Assembly (NCBI RefSeq): GCF_004353825.1
Contig: NZ_SMNA01000002.1
Span: 248,001-312,000, forward strand
Source of the DNA: Occultella glacieicola
GTDB lineage: Bacteria; Actinomycetota; Actinomycetes; Actinomycetales; Beutenbergiaceae
Length of the DNA stretch: 64,000 bases
Direction of reading: 5' to 3'
This document shows positions 19,779 through 28,697 of this stretch, in pieces. A model generated the notes under the pieces. The model did not search any database and was not told where the DNA came from. It saw only the letters and a program-made list of their open reading frames with translations. Numbering within the stretch: position 1 is the stretch's first letter; each line of letters begins with the position of its first letter. A program made the position numbers and the translations under genes.

Positions 19779-20908
19779 TCCGCCCCCTCCGTCAGATGAT
19801 CGGCGGCGCGGCGATCGTCGTCCGACATCGGCAACGTGATCGGCGCCTGGCGAGCCTGCGAAAGATAGACGCCCTTGATGACCTCCAGCGCGGCCATGCC
19901 GTCACGGCCGGTGATCGCAGGCGGGCGCCCCGCCCGGACCGCGTCGAGAAACTCCGCGATCTGGAGGCCGTGGAACTCGGGCACGCTCGACCGCCCCTCT
20001 TCCCGCTCGCGCCAACGCGCAAGGTCCTCCGCCGCACCGTCGAAGGTCCACGGGTCGTTGACGGCCTGCGTGAGTTCGGGGTTCTCCACCAGGCCCACGC
20101 TGTGACCGACGCTTCCGTGCACGGCCAGGCGGAACCCCGGTGCCCGGTAGGCGACCGTGGGGCTAGGCGCCGAGGCGAAGCCGTTCTCGAACGTCGTCAC
20201 CGCGCCTATCGTGGCGATGGCGCCGTTCTGGTAGGTGACGACGCCGCCCGCGACGTCCTCGACGTCGACGTAGTCCGCGTGCTTAAGGGTGGCCCAGCGC
20301 CCGTACACGGAGGTGGGGGTGCCGAGCATCCAGTTCAGCATGTCGACGTAGTGGATCGCCATCGTGAGGAGCACGCCGCCGCCCTCCCCGGCCCAGGAGC
20401 CACGCCAGTCGTCCTGCTCGTAGTAGCTACGGTCGCGCCCGAGGTGCGCGAGGCACTCGGCCGCGACCACTCGGCCGAGACGTCCCTGCACGATCGCCTC
20501 ATGCATACGTTGGGCGGCGGGAATGAACCGCCGTTGGAAGATCGTGCCCAGTGCGACCCCCGCCTCGTCGGCCGCGGCGACGAGCTCGTGAGCCTGCGTC
20601 AGCGACGTCGTGAGCGGTTTCTCGACCAGCGCGGCGACTCCGGCACGGATCGCCTGGATGGCCGGGTCGAAGTGCTGCTTGTGCGGGGTGGCGACGAGTA
20701 CGGCATCGAGGTCGGCCTCCGCGAGCATCCGCTCCACGGAGTCGTACGCCCTGGCGCCTGGGAAGCGTTCGGCCAGCCCCTGCGCTCGCGAGAGGGTGCG
20801 CGAACACAGCCCGACCAGCGCAACCCCCGGCAACGCGGCTGCCGCTTCGGCATGGACGGCGCCGAACCTGCCCAGACCGATGACGGCAACGCGTAGGTCG
20901 CGAGTCAT
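19775..20908 (-). CDS. Gfo/Idh/MocA family oxidoreductase
   Basis: GLGRFG, VEKP, WRGSW...GGGVLLTMAIHYVD. Confidence 0.92.
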   Translation of the reverse strand: MTRDLRVAVIGLGRFGAVHAEAAAALPGVALVGLCSRTLSRAQGLAERFPGARAYDSVERMLAEADLDAVLVATPHKQHFDPAIQAIRAGVAALVEKPLTTSLTQAHELVAAADEAGVALGTIFQRRFIPAAQRMHEAIVQGRLGRVVAAECLAHLGRDRSYYEQDDWRGSWAGEGGGVLLTMAIHYVDMLNWMLGTPTSVYGRWATLKHADYVDVEDVAGGVVTYQNGAIATIGAVTTFENGFASAPSPTVAYRAPGFRLAVHGSVGHSVGLVENPELTQAVNDPWTFDGAAEDLARWREREEGRSSVPEFHGLQIAEFLDAVRAGRPPAITGRDGMAALEVIKGVYLSQARQAPITLPMSDDDRRAADHLTEGAE

Positions 20909-21804
20909 GCCGGAGTTCCCCGGCGCTGCGGGCGAACGATTCCTGCTGTTGCGAACGCCTTGTCGAGAACCTGATAGGACTGCTCAGCCGCACCGACCTC
21001 GTCGAAACCGGGGAGTGCCTGGCGGCGAACGCTGATCTCGACCGAGACGGTTCCCTCGTACCCTTCCCCGGCGAGGAGACCGACGAAGGTCCGGTAGTCG
21101 AACTCGCCTTCTCCGGGGATGAGGAAGTCGAATCCATCGACCGTGCGCACATGGTCCTTGACCTCGACCACGAGCGTGTACGGCATCAGCTGTGCGACCA
21201 CCTCGGGCAGTTCGAAGTCACGCACAGCGAAGTGGGAGATGTCGAGGTTGATGCCGAGGGCAGGCGATCCGACCTCCGTGAGGAGCTGGAGGGCGTGATC
21301 CACGGTCGACAGGACCGCCCCCGCGTGCGGCTCCACGGCCACGGTCGCGCCTGCCCGGAGCGCGAGTTCGCAGAGGTCGCCGAAACGGTCAACGATCAGC
21401 TGCCGGTCGGAGTCCCAGCTCGTCTGGGTCGTGATGGGCGGCGGTGAGCCGCCCAGCAGCGGAGCCTTCGGCTTGTGGGCGCCCAGGCTGACGGGCATCG
21501 GCACGCCCCCACCCAGAATCGAAGCGATCTCGAAGGACCGCAGCAGCCTGCCGCGGCTGACGGCCCAGGTGTCCTCGTCGCAGACGAGAGGTGCGTTGGC
21601 GGTGACGCTGGAGATCTCCAGCCCGGCCTCGACCGCGAGCGCGCGCCAGCGGACCGCGTCCCGGTCCGATGCCAGCGCCGCGTCCGTTGGCCATCCTTCG
21701 CAGACGGTCACCTCGACGCTGTCGAAGCCGATCCTCGACAGGTGTGTGACGACGTCGTCGAAGGCCATCGTCGGGGTCGACCACGTGTTGTAACCGATCC
21801 TCAT
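20905..21804 (-). CDS. Sugar phosphate isomerase/epimerase (xylose-isomerase-like TIM barrel)
   Basis: GFDSVE, AVEPH, LDISHF, VKD, PGEGEFD, SVE metal motifs. Confidence 0.88.
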   Translation of the reverse strand: MRIGYNTWSTPTMAFDDVVTHLSRIGFDSVEVTVCEGWPTDAALASDRDAVRWRALAVEAGLEISSVTANAPLVCDEDTWAVSRGRLLRSFEIASILGGGVPMPVSLGAHKPKAPLLGGSPPPITTQTSWDSDRQLIVDRFGDLCELALRAGATVAVEPHAGAVLSTVDHALQLLTEVGSPALGINLDISHFAVRDFELPEVVAQLMPYTLVVEVKDHVRTVDGFDFLIPGEGEFDYRTFVGLLAGEGYEGTVSVEISVRRQALPGFDEVGAAEQSYQVLDKAFATAGIVRPQRRGTPA

Positions 21805-22817
21805 CGGCGCACCTCGCCCGCGTCGGGGCAGAGCAGTTGCTTGACACCGGTGCCGCTGCGGACCGCGTCGAATGCGTCCTGCCACTCGTCCAGGGCGTAG
21901 CGATGGCTGACGAGCGTCTCCAACTCGATCGCCCCGTCGTGCAGAAGCTGCATCGCACGGTCCCAGGACGCCGGCGTGCTGGCGAAACCACCGGTGATGA
22001 CCAGTTCATGGAACGAGACGAGCGCCAGCGGGATCGGAACGGCGTCGCCGCGCTGCCCGATCTGGACGTAGCGGCCGCCTCGCCGGAGACGCTCGATGCC
22101 GAGCGCCATTCCGGGTCCGGAGCCTGAGCACTCGAGGACGACATCGACGGCGACCGGTGTCTGCGCGCTCTCGGTGGTCCCCGGCAGACCGAGGGCCGCC
22201 GCCACGGCGAGTCGTTCACGGTCGGCAGAGGTGCCGAGGATGGTCACGGTCCCGCCGGCGATCCTGGCGACCTGGGCGGCGAGCAACCCGATGGCACCAG
22301 GTCCGATGACCAGCACGCGGTCACCGGGCGTGACCGCCGCGAACGGGTGGTACAGCGAGCGGCACACGCACGCGAGTGGCTCGCTGAGTGCTCCGGCCTC
22401 GAGGGAGATCGAGTCCGGCAACACGCGAGCGTTGCGACCCGGCACGACGACCTGATCGGCGAAGCCACCATCCGCACCAGAGCCGATCGATACCCGTTGC
22501 CCGCACCGGTTCGGTGAGCCACTGCGGCAGTCCGAACACTCGCCACAGGTCGAGAGGAAGGTCTCCAGCGCCACCCGCTCGCCGACACGGCCAGGATCCA
22601 CACCGGTGCCCACCGCTGCGATCGTGCCGCTGACCTCGTGCCCCAGGGTCACCGGCGGCCGTGAGCGGTAGCTGCCGTCGAGGATGTGCAGGTCGGTACC
22701 GCACAGACCCGATGCCGCGACATCAACGACCACCTGGCCGGGCCCGGCCGCGGGCCGCGGGACGTCCTGCACTTCGAGGTCGCCTGGTTGTGGCCCGGTC
22801 TTGCGCAGTGCCCTCAT
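21801..22817 (-). CDS. Zinc-dependent alcohol/polyol dehydrogenase
   Basis: GLCGTDLH, GHE, CGECSDC...C, GPGAIG. Confidence 0.92.
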   Translation of the reverse strand: MRALRKTGPQPGDLEVQDVPRPAAGPGQVVVDVAASGLCGTDLHILDGSYRSRPPVTLGHEVSGTIAAVGTGVDPGRVGERVALETFLSTCGECSDCRSGSPNRCGQRVSIGSGADGGFADQVVVPGRNARVLPDSISLEAGALSEPLACVCRSLYHPFAAVTPGDRVLVIGPGAIGLLAAQVARIAGGTVTILGTSADRERLAVAAALGLPGTTESAQTPVAVDVVLECSGSGPGMALGIERLRRGGRYVQIGQRGDAVPIPLALVSFHELVITGGFASTPASWDRAMQLLHDGAIELETLVSHRYALDEWQDAFDAVRSGTGVKQLLCPDAGEVRR

Positions 22818-23713
22818 CCGCCGATCATCGCTCCCAGATAGCGCCTTGCGCAGGATGTGTAGGTCGACGCGATGCTCTCGATCGCGTCATCACGCCCAAG
22901 CCTGCCATCGAGCCACCCTGCCACGGGCGCACCCCAGATGCTGCGCCCGATCGCGAAGCCGTTGAACCCTGGAGTCGCCGCCGCGACGTCGAGCCACCGA
23001 TCGAGCACATCACCGGCTGCGCCGTTCCCCAGGACGACGCATGTCCCCGGGTGTCGGCCCGCTGCGGCCTGCTGGGCCACCCGGGCCGCGGCGTCCGGGG
23101 AGGCTATGCCCTCGATCTTCCAGAGGTCGACCTGAATTCCGGCCGACTGCATCTCCGCCATAGAACCGCACAACTGCTCCAGGTCCACGGTAGGAATGCT
23201 GTCGGCGGTCTCGTTCACCTGTCCCACGATCAGTTCCAGCATGAAACCGATCGAGCGCTCAGCGAGGAAGTCGGACAGCGCCCGCAGCCTGGCGAGCTGG
23301 GTCTGCTTGTCCTCCACGGGGTCCGTCGTACGGTGCTTCACGAGCGCCTTCGCGTACGTCGGCCGGAACGCCAGAACATGCTGCTGGTAGTCCGCGCCGT
23401 ACTCGAAGACGAAGACCTGCTCGAACGCGCGCTCGACCGGCATCGTGATGGCGTGACCGGCACCGGCCGCGCGGCGTGCGATCGGAGCCCCGAACTCCTC
23501 GTCGACCAGGATCCCCGGTCGAAGACCCTCGAGCCCACGCTCGACAGCGACCGTGAAGGCATCGAAGATGAGCCCCTTGGCGTCTCCGATCTGTTCTCGG
23601 GTCATCCCAAGCGGTCGCACCGAGGCGAACGCTCGCTCTCGATGGTCGAATGCAAGCAAAGCCCAGGGCTGCTCGTCAGCGGCGCCACGATGTCTTCCCT
23701 CCGACCTCAGCAT
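22814..23713 (-). CDS. Stand-alone DUF2090 protein (class I aldolase-like, IolC C-terminal domain homologue)
   Basis: LAFDHR, GILVDEEFG, DLWKIEG, VVLG, FNGFAIGRSIW. Confidence 0.8.
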   Translation of the reverse strand: MLRSEGRHRGAADEQPWALLAFDHRERAFASVRPLGMTREQIGDAKGLIFDAFTVAVERGLEGLRPGILVDEEFGAPIARRAAGAGHAITMPVERAFEQVFVFEYGADYQQHVLAFRPTYAKALVKHRTTDPVEDKQTQLARLRALSDFLAERSIGFMLELIVGQVNETADSIPTVDLEQLCGSMAEMQSAGIQVDLWKIEGIASPDAAARVAQQAAAGRHPGTCVVLGNGAAGDVLDRWLDVAAATPGFNGFAIGRSIWGAPVAGWLDGRLGRDDAIESIASTYTSCARRYLGAMIGG

Positions 23714-23748
23714 GAGTTCATGTTAACACATTTTGATATCCTGTCACG
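23714..23748. promoter_or_regulatory. Back-to-back leaderless extended -10 promoters
   Basis: TGA-TATCCT 6 nt before the + ATG 23749; TGT-TAACAT 6 nt before the - ATG 23713. Confidence 0.75.
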
Positions 23749-24690
23749 ATGCCAAGACAGACTGCCAACACGTTCGATCTGGTCACCGCCGGTCGCGCCG
23801 TCGTCGACCTCTACCCCGGCCAGGATGGCCTCGCGCCGAAGGACGTCCTCTCCTACACGCAATTCCTGGGCGGTTCACCGACCAACGTCGCCGTCGCGGC
23901 CGCGCGTGCCGGCCTGCGGACTGCCGCGGTCACGCGCACGGGCGACGATCTGTTCCACCAGTTCGTCGTCGCCCGGCTGGAGGCCTACGGGGTGGACACC
24001 CGCTGGGTGCGCGCGGTGGCGGACACCCGGACCACGCTCGCCGTGGCCGACCTGCAGGAACCGCACGCGCCCGCACTGCAGTTCTTCCGCGACCCTCGGC
24101 CACCGGAGAACGACATCTACCCCGATGAGCTGGCGGCGGCCGCCGCCTCCGCGGACACCCTTTGGCTGACCGCCTCCGGGTTCGCGGCGGACCCCTCGGC
24201 CGCCGCCCACGCTGCGGCGCTGCGCGAGCGGCGCCGATGCCTCCTGGACCTGGACTACCGGCCCGCGTTCTGGGCCGACGCGCGAGACTTCCACCTGCGG
24301 CTGCGCTCCGTGCTCCCCCACGTTGACACCGTGATCGGCAACGAGCAGGAGTGCGCGCTGGCGCTCGGGTCCAGCGGCACCCCCACCGAGCTGGCACGGC
24401 GACTGTTGGCCCAGGGTCCCGCTCTCGCCATCGTCAAGCTGGGGGCCGACGGGGCGCTCGCGGCCACGTCGGCAGGGGTCATCAGGCAGCCGGCCTTTCG
24501 GGCAGAGGTCGTGAACGGGCTCGGTGCCGGCGATGCGTTCGGAGGCTTCATCGCCAAGGGCCTGATCGAGGGCTGGCCGCTCGAACGGTCGCTGCGCTTC
24601 GCATGCGCGGCCGGTTCGATCGTCGCCTCACGGCGCGGCTGCTCTGATGCGATGCCAACGGAGACAGAGGTCGCTGGGCTGGCCGGCTAG
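23749..24690 (+). CDS. iolC: 5-dehydro-2-deoxygluconokinase-like PfkB kinase
   Basis: GRAVVDLYP, FLGGSPTNVAVAAAR, DLDYRP, VVNGLGAGDAFGG, CSDAMPT. Confidence 0.82.
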   Translation: MPRQTANTFDLVTAGRAVVDLYPGQDGLAPKDVLSYTQFLGGSPTNVAVAAARAGLRTAAVTRTGDDLFHQFVVARLEAYGVDTRWVRAVADTRTTLAVADLQEPHAPALQFFRDPRPPENDIYPDELAAAAASADTLWLTASGFAADPSAAAHAAALRERRRCLLDLDYRPAFWADARDFHLRLRSVLPHVDTVIGNEQECALALGSSGTPTELARRLLAQGPALAIVKLGADGALAATSAGVIRQPAFRAEVVNGLGAGDAFGGFIAKGLIEGWPLERSLRFACAAGSIVASRRGCSDAMPTETEVAGLAG

Positions 24691-24802
24691 TCCCGAGGCA
24701 CGAACGCCGGCACGCTCGGGCTCCCGGCGGCGACGGAACCCCCTCCGAGCGGCTATTGTCACATTGAGTTGACATATTTCTGTAGCAGTAGGGAGGGTCA
24801 GG

Positions 24803-25549
24803 ATGTCCTCAACTGAAGCCGTCGTGCCGGTAGCGCTCGATCGCGCCTCGCCGATCCCGCTCTACTTCCAGCTCGCCGAGCAGTTGACAGCCGCGATCTC
24901 GGACGGTCAGGCACAGCCGGGCGACCCCTTCGAGAACGAGGTCGCGATGAGCGAGCGGCTGGGACTTTCGCGCCCCACCGTGCGTCGCGCCATCCACCAC
25001 CTCGTCGACCAAGGGCTGCTGGTTCGCAGACGTGGCCTGGGCACCTTCGTCGCGAGCCGGCGGGTGCATCGACGCGCGAGCAAGGGCAGCCTCTACGAAG
25101 ACCTTGCCATCCAAGGTCGCGACCCGAGCACCTCTGTACTGCGCCACGAGGTCGAGATCAACCCGCGCGCGGCGGCGTCACTCGACCTCGACAAGGACAC
25201 CGAGTTGCTCGCGGTCGTACGGCTCCGGCTGGCAGACGGCGAGCCGCTGGCGATCATGCGAAACTGGCTCCCGCCTCGCCACTCTGGAATCACTCGTGAG
25301 CAGCTCGAGCAACGCGGCCTGTACGCCCTGCTCCGCGATCAGGGCGTCGGATCCGTGGTCGCCCACCAGTCCATAGCGGCACGGCTACCGACCGTCGAGG
25401 AGCGAGAGCTGCTCGACATCTCCAGCCGGCTCCCCGTTATTGCTGTGACACGCACCGCCTTCGACCCCAGCGGAGCACCGGTGGAGCACGCCGAGCACGT
25501 CTACCGCTCGGACGGCTACACCTTCGACCTCGTGCTCGAGGAGTCCTGA
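24803..25549 (+). CDS. GntR family regulator, HutC/UTRA type (IolR-like)
   Basis: DRASPIPLYFQL, LSRPTVRRAI, RRRGLGT, UTRA C-terminus. Confidence 0.92.
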   Translation: MSSTEAVVPVALDRASPIPLYFQLAEQLTAAISDGQAQPGDPFENEVAMSERLGLSRPTVRRAIHHLVDQGLLVRRRGLGTFVASRRVHRRASKGSLYEDLAIQGRDPSTSVLRHEVEINPRAAASLDLDKDTELLAVVRLRLADGEPLAIMRNWLPPRHSGITREQLEQRGLYALLRDQGVGSVVAHQSIAARLPTVEERELLDISSRLPVIAVTRTAFDPSGAPVEHAEHVYRSDGYTFDLVLEES

Positions 25550-25591
25550 GCCGGCGGGGAGGTCTCCCGATCCTGGCACAGGCGGAGAATA

Positions 25592-25625
25592 TGTATTGAC
25601 ATTCTCACCTCTGTCCACCTAGCCT
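25592..25625 (+). promoter_or_regulatory. Sigma-A promoter with GntR-like operator
   Basis: TTGACA 25596-25601, N18, TAGCCT 25620-25625; TGTATTGACA overlaps the -35. Confidence 0.7.
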
Positions 25626-25729
25626 GAGTGCTGTCGACGCGCCGACCGTTGCTTGCCGGTGACGCCCGCTCGTTGCGCACGGGATAGAAGTCGACGCGGA
25701 CCCGGATGACACCGATTGAAGGGTGCAGC

Positions 25730-27010
25730 ATGGAGCGGATACCTCTCGCCATCGTCGGCTGCGGAGGAATGGGGACACGGCACCTGTACGGCCTGGCCGA
25801 ACTCGAACGAGCGTCGCTGAACCCGTTCGAGCTCGTCGCAGTCGTCGATGTCGACCCCGGTCGCGCCGAGCGACTGGCTGATGAGGCGGAGTCCTGGCTC
25901 GGACGTCGTCGCCCGAGCCGGTGCGTCGATGTCCGCCAACTGGTGAAGGCCGGCGCCACGGCCGTCGACATCACGACCGTGCCGCGCTTCCATCACAGCC
26001 TGGCAGCCGAGGCGATCGCTCTCGGCCTCGACGTCATGGTCGAGAAGCCCGTCGGCCTCACGATCGCCGCGGCTCAGCAGCTCGCTCGGGAGATCCGGGG
26101 CAGCGACCGTATCCTCAGCGTCGCGGAGAACTTCCGACGCGACCCGACGAACCGGCTAGTGAAGGAACTCATCGACACCGGTGTCCTGGGGCAGCCACGC
26201 TACTTCCACCAGAGCTCGGGCGGCGGCGGCAACCTGATGGCGATCTCGATGTGGCGACACCTCAAGGACGAGAGCGGCATCCTGTTCGACGCCGGCACCC
26301 ACTACACCGACATGATGGAGTACTACCTCGGCCCGGTGACGAGCGCCTACGCCCAGATGCGGCTGTTCGAACCCATCCGCTACAACCCGGCAGCGACGGG
26401 TGGCACACCGGCGTCGAACCCGGGCGGCGTCTACGGCCAGTCCCAGGCGGCGATGCCCGCCGAGTTCGAGGCGACCGCCGAGGACGCTCTCTACGCGATG
26501 GTCAACTTCGCCTCCGGCGCCGTCGGTCAGTACGCCGAGAACCGGGCCGAGCACGGGCGGGACACCTGGGCACGCAGCGTGCACGGCTCGGCAGGCGCCG
26601 TCGAGATCCCCAAGGACCGCAGCGGTCAGCCGCTCGTGCTCACGCTCGACCGCACCCACACCTATACGGGCGCCGAGATCCTCCCGCTCGTCCCCGACTT
26701 CCAGCTCGACGACGCGACGGCGGCCCTGTTCGGCGGCGGGCAGGCGACGGCGTACGGGCTCGACTTCGAGACCGTCGACCGCCTCCTGCTCGCCGTCGAG
26801 TACGCCGAGTTCGGTTCCTGCATCGGCTCCCGTACTCGACCCGAGGTTGGCCTCGAGGAGGGACTTCGGGCGATCGCCGTCTGCTACGCGATGATGGAGT
26901 CGGGTGCCGCGGGCGGCGCGATCGTCACCGTCGACGACGTCCTCGACGGTTCCGTCAGCGGCTACCAGGCCAGTATCGACGCCGCCATCGAGATCGGCGC
27001 CAACGCCTGA
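25730..27010 (+). CDS. Gfo/Idh/MocA family oxidoreductase
   Basis: GCGGMG, VEKP, AENFRRDP, DAGTHYTD. Confidence 0.9.
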   Translation: MERIPLAIVGCGGMGTRHLYGLAELERASLNPFELVAVVDVDPGRAERLADEAESWLGRRRPSRCVDVRQLVKAGATAVDITTVPRFHHSLAAEAIALGLDVMVEKPVGLTIAAAQQLAREIRGSDRILSVAENFRRDPTNRLVKELIDTGVLGQPRYFHQSSGGGGNLMAISMWRHLKDESGILFDAGTHYTDMMEYYLGPVTSAYAQMRLFEPIRYNPAATGGTPASNPGGVYGQSQAAMPAEFEATAEDALYAMVNFASGAVGQYAENRAEHGRDTWARSVHGSAGAVEIPKDRSGQPLVLTLDRTHTYTGAEILPLVPDFQLDDATAALFGGGQATAYGLDFETVDRLLLAVEYAEFGSCIGSRTRPEVGLEEGLRAIAVCYAMMESGAAGGAIVTVDDVLDGSVSGYQASIDAAIEIGANA

Positions 27011-27013
27011 GCC

Positions 27014-27898
27014 ATGGAACCCTTCACAGAGATCGTGCGGGACGTCTTCCTGCTGAGGGTCCCGTTCACGGGCGTCTGGACAGGTGTGACGCTGGTCCTC
27101 GGCGACGGTCCACCGATCCTCGTCGACAGCGGCGGCCTGGGCGAGACAGTGGACTCGACGATCGTCCCGGCTCTCGCGCAACTCGGAATGGACCTCTCCG
27201 ACATCGGGTGGGTGATCGCCACCCACATCCACGGCGACCATGTCGGCGGCCTCGCCCGGATGCGCGAGCTCGCGCCGTCGATCAAGGTCGCGGTGCTCCG
27301 TGAGTCGGATGCCCGCATACGCGAACCTCTCGCGTACAGCCGCGAGATCCGCGCGAGGTTCCCGGAGCACAGTGCCGCTCCGCCACCAGTGCTCGACGGC
27401 GTCACACCGGACCGCCTGCTCGACGACGGCGACATGATCGGTCCACTGCGCACGATCCACACGCCCGGTCATGACACGGATGCCTGCTGCTTGTTCGACG
27501 TCCGCACGGGCACGCTGATCACGGGGGACTCGCTCCAGTTGAACGGGACGACGTCGCAAGGGTGCGCACTGTTGTTCGACCCGGCACGCTACCTGTCGTC
27601 GTTGCGGCGGCTGCTCACGCTCCCGGTGCAGAACATCGTCTGCGGGCATCCCTACCTGCCGTTGGGTGAGGTCGCCGTCGGCGAAGACGCGGCCCGCCAG
27701 TTCCTCGCGACCTGCATCGGTTGCTACGAGCACGACCGCGGGTTCGTGGCCGGGATGGCGGCAGCCGGCGTCACCGACCCACAGACGGTCGCGCGGGCAC
27801 TGGTCAGCGCGGTCGGCGGCGTCGAGCCGGCGAAGCTGTTCCTCCCGATGCACACAGTTGTCGCCTATCAGGAAGCGGACAGGAGAACGCACACATGA
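27014..27898 (+). CDS. Metallo-beta-lactamase fold hydrolase
   Basis: THIHGDHVGG, TPGHD, TGD, GH. Confidence 0.9.
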   Translation: MEPFTEIVRDVFLLRVPFTGVWTGVTLVLGDGPPILVDSGGLGETVDSTIVPALAQLGMDLSDIGWVIATHIHGDHVGGLARMRELAPSIKVAVLRESDARIREPLAYSREIRARFPEHSAAPPPVLDGVTPDRLLDDGDMIGPLRTIHTPGHDTDACCLFDVRTGTLITGDSLQLNGTTSQGCALLFDPARYLSSLRRLLTLPVQNIVCGHPYLPLGEVAVGEDAARQFLATCIGCYEHDRGFVAGMAAAGVTDPQTVARALVSAVGGVEPAKLFLPMHTVVAYQEADRRTHT

Positions 27899-28683
27899 AG
27901 GCTGCCCTCATCACCGGAGCCTCACGCGGAATCGGTGCCGGTTGCGCGCTGGCGTTCGCCCGCGAGGGCTACGCCGTCGGCATCAACCACCGGTCGTCCG
28001 GTGCGGACGCCGAGCACGTAGCCGCGCAGTGCCGGGAGCTGGGCGTCGAGGCGGAGGTCGTCCCGGCGGACGTCGCCGACGTCGCCGAGTCCCAGGCGAT
28101 GGTGGAGCGCTTCGTCGACCGCTTCGGACGCATCGACGTCCTCGTCAACAACGCCGGTGGAGCGCTGCGGATGCCACCGGGCGGCTTCCTCGACATGCCG
28201 ACGGCGTACTGGGACGGTCAGATCGCACTGAACCTGAGCGCGGCCGCCTACTGCGCGCAGACCGCGGCGCGGGCGATGGTGGCGCAGGAGATCGCCGGTG
28301 CCATCATCAACATCTCCTCGATCCATGGTGACGTCACTTGGGTGCGCCGCAAGGCACTCCCGTACTCCGCCGCCAAAGCGGGACTGAACATGCTGACCAA
28401 GTCGCTCGGCGTCGAGCTCATCTCGCACGGCATCAACGTCAACTGCATCGCGCCGGGGCTGATCCACACGAAGGCGCTCGACCGCTACTCAGAACGCGAT
28501 CTCAACGCCTTCAACCGCAAGATCCCCTTCGGCGGCGGCGGCGAGCCTGCTGACATCGCCGAGCTCGCCCTGTTCCTCGCTGACAAGCGCAAGAGCCGCT
28601 TCATCGTGGGCCAGACGATCACGGTCGACGGCGGCCAGTCGATCGACGGCGCGATCGACGCCATGCTCGACGACGCGTTCTGA
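27895..28683 (+). CDS. SDR family oxidoreductase
   Basis: TGASRGIG, NNAG, YSAAK, ITVDGG. Confidence 0.92.
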   Translation: MKAALITGASRGIGAGCALAFAREGYAVGINHRSSGADAEHVAAQCRELGVEAEVVPADVADVAESQAMVERFVDRFGRIDVLVNNAGGALRMPPGGFLDMPTAYWDGQIALNLSAAAYCAQTAARAMVAQEIAGAIINISSIHGDVTWVRRKALPYSAAKAGLNMLTKSLGVELISHGINVNCIAPGLIHTKALDRYSERDLNAFNRKIPFGGGGEPADIAELALFLADKRKSRFIVGQTITVDGGQSIDGAIDAMLDDAF

Positions 28684-28697
28684 ACTACCGCGGCCGG

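Noticed and set aside
20905..21804. Calling the TIM-barrel protein IolE or IolI
   Set aside because: Only superfamily-level motifs are visible; the IolE-type N-terminal PxxW motif was not recognised
27014..27898. MBL protein (and the APH-like kinase at 57520-58350) as antibiotic-resistance genes
   Set aside because: No signal peptide and a metabolic context; the folds alone do not imply resistance
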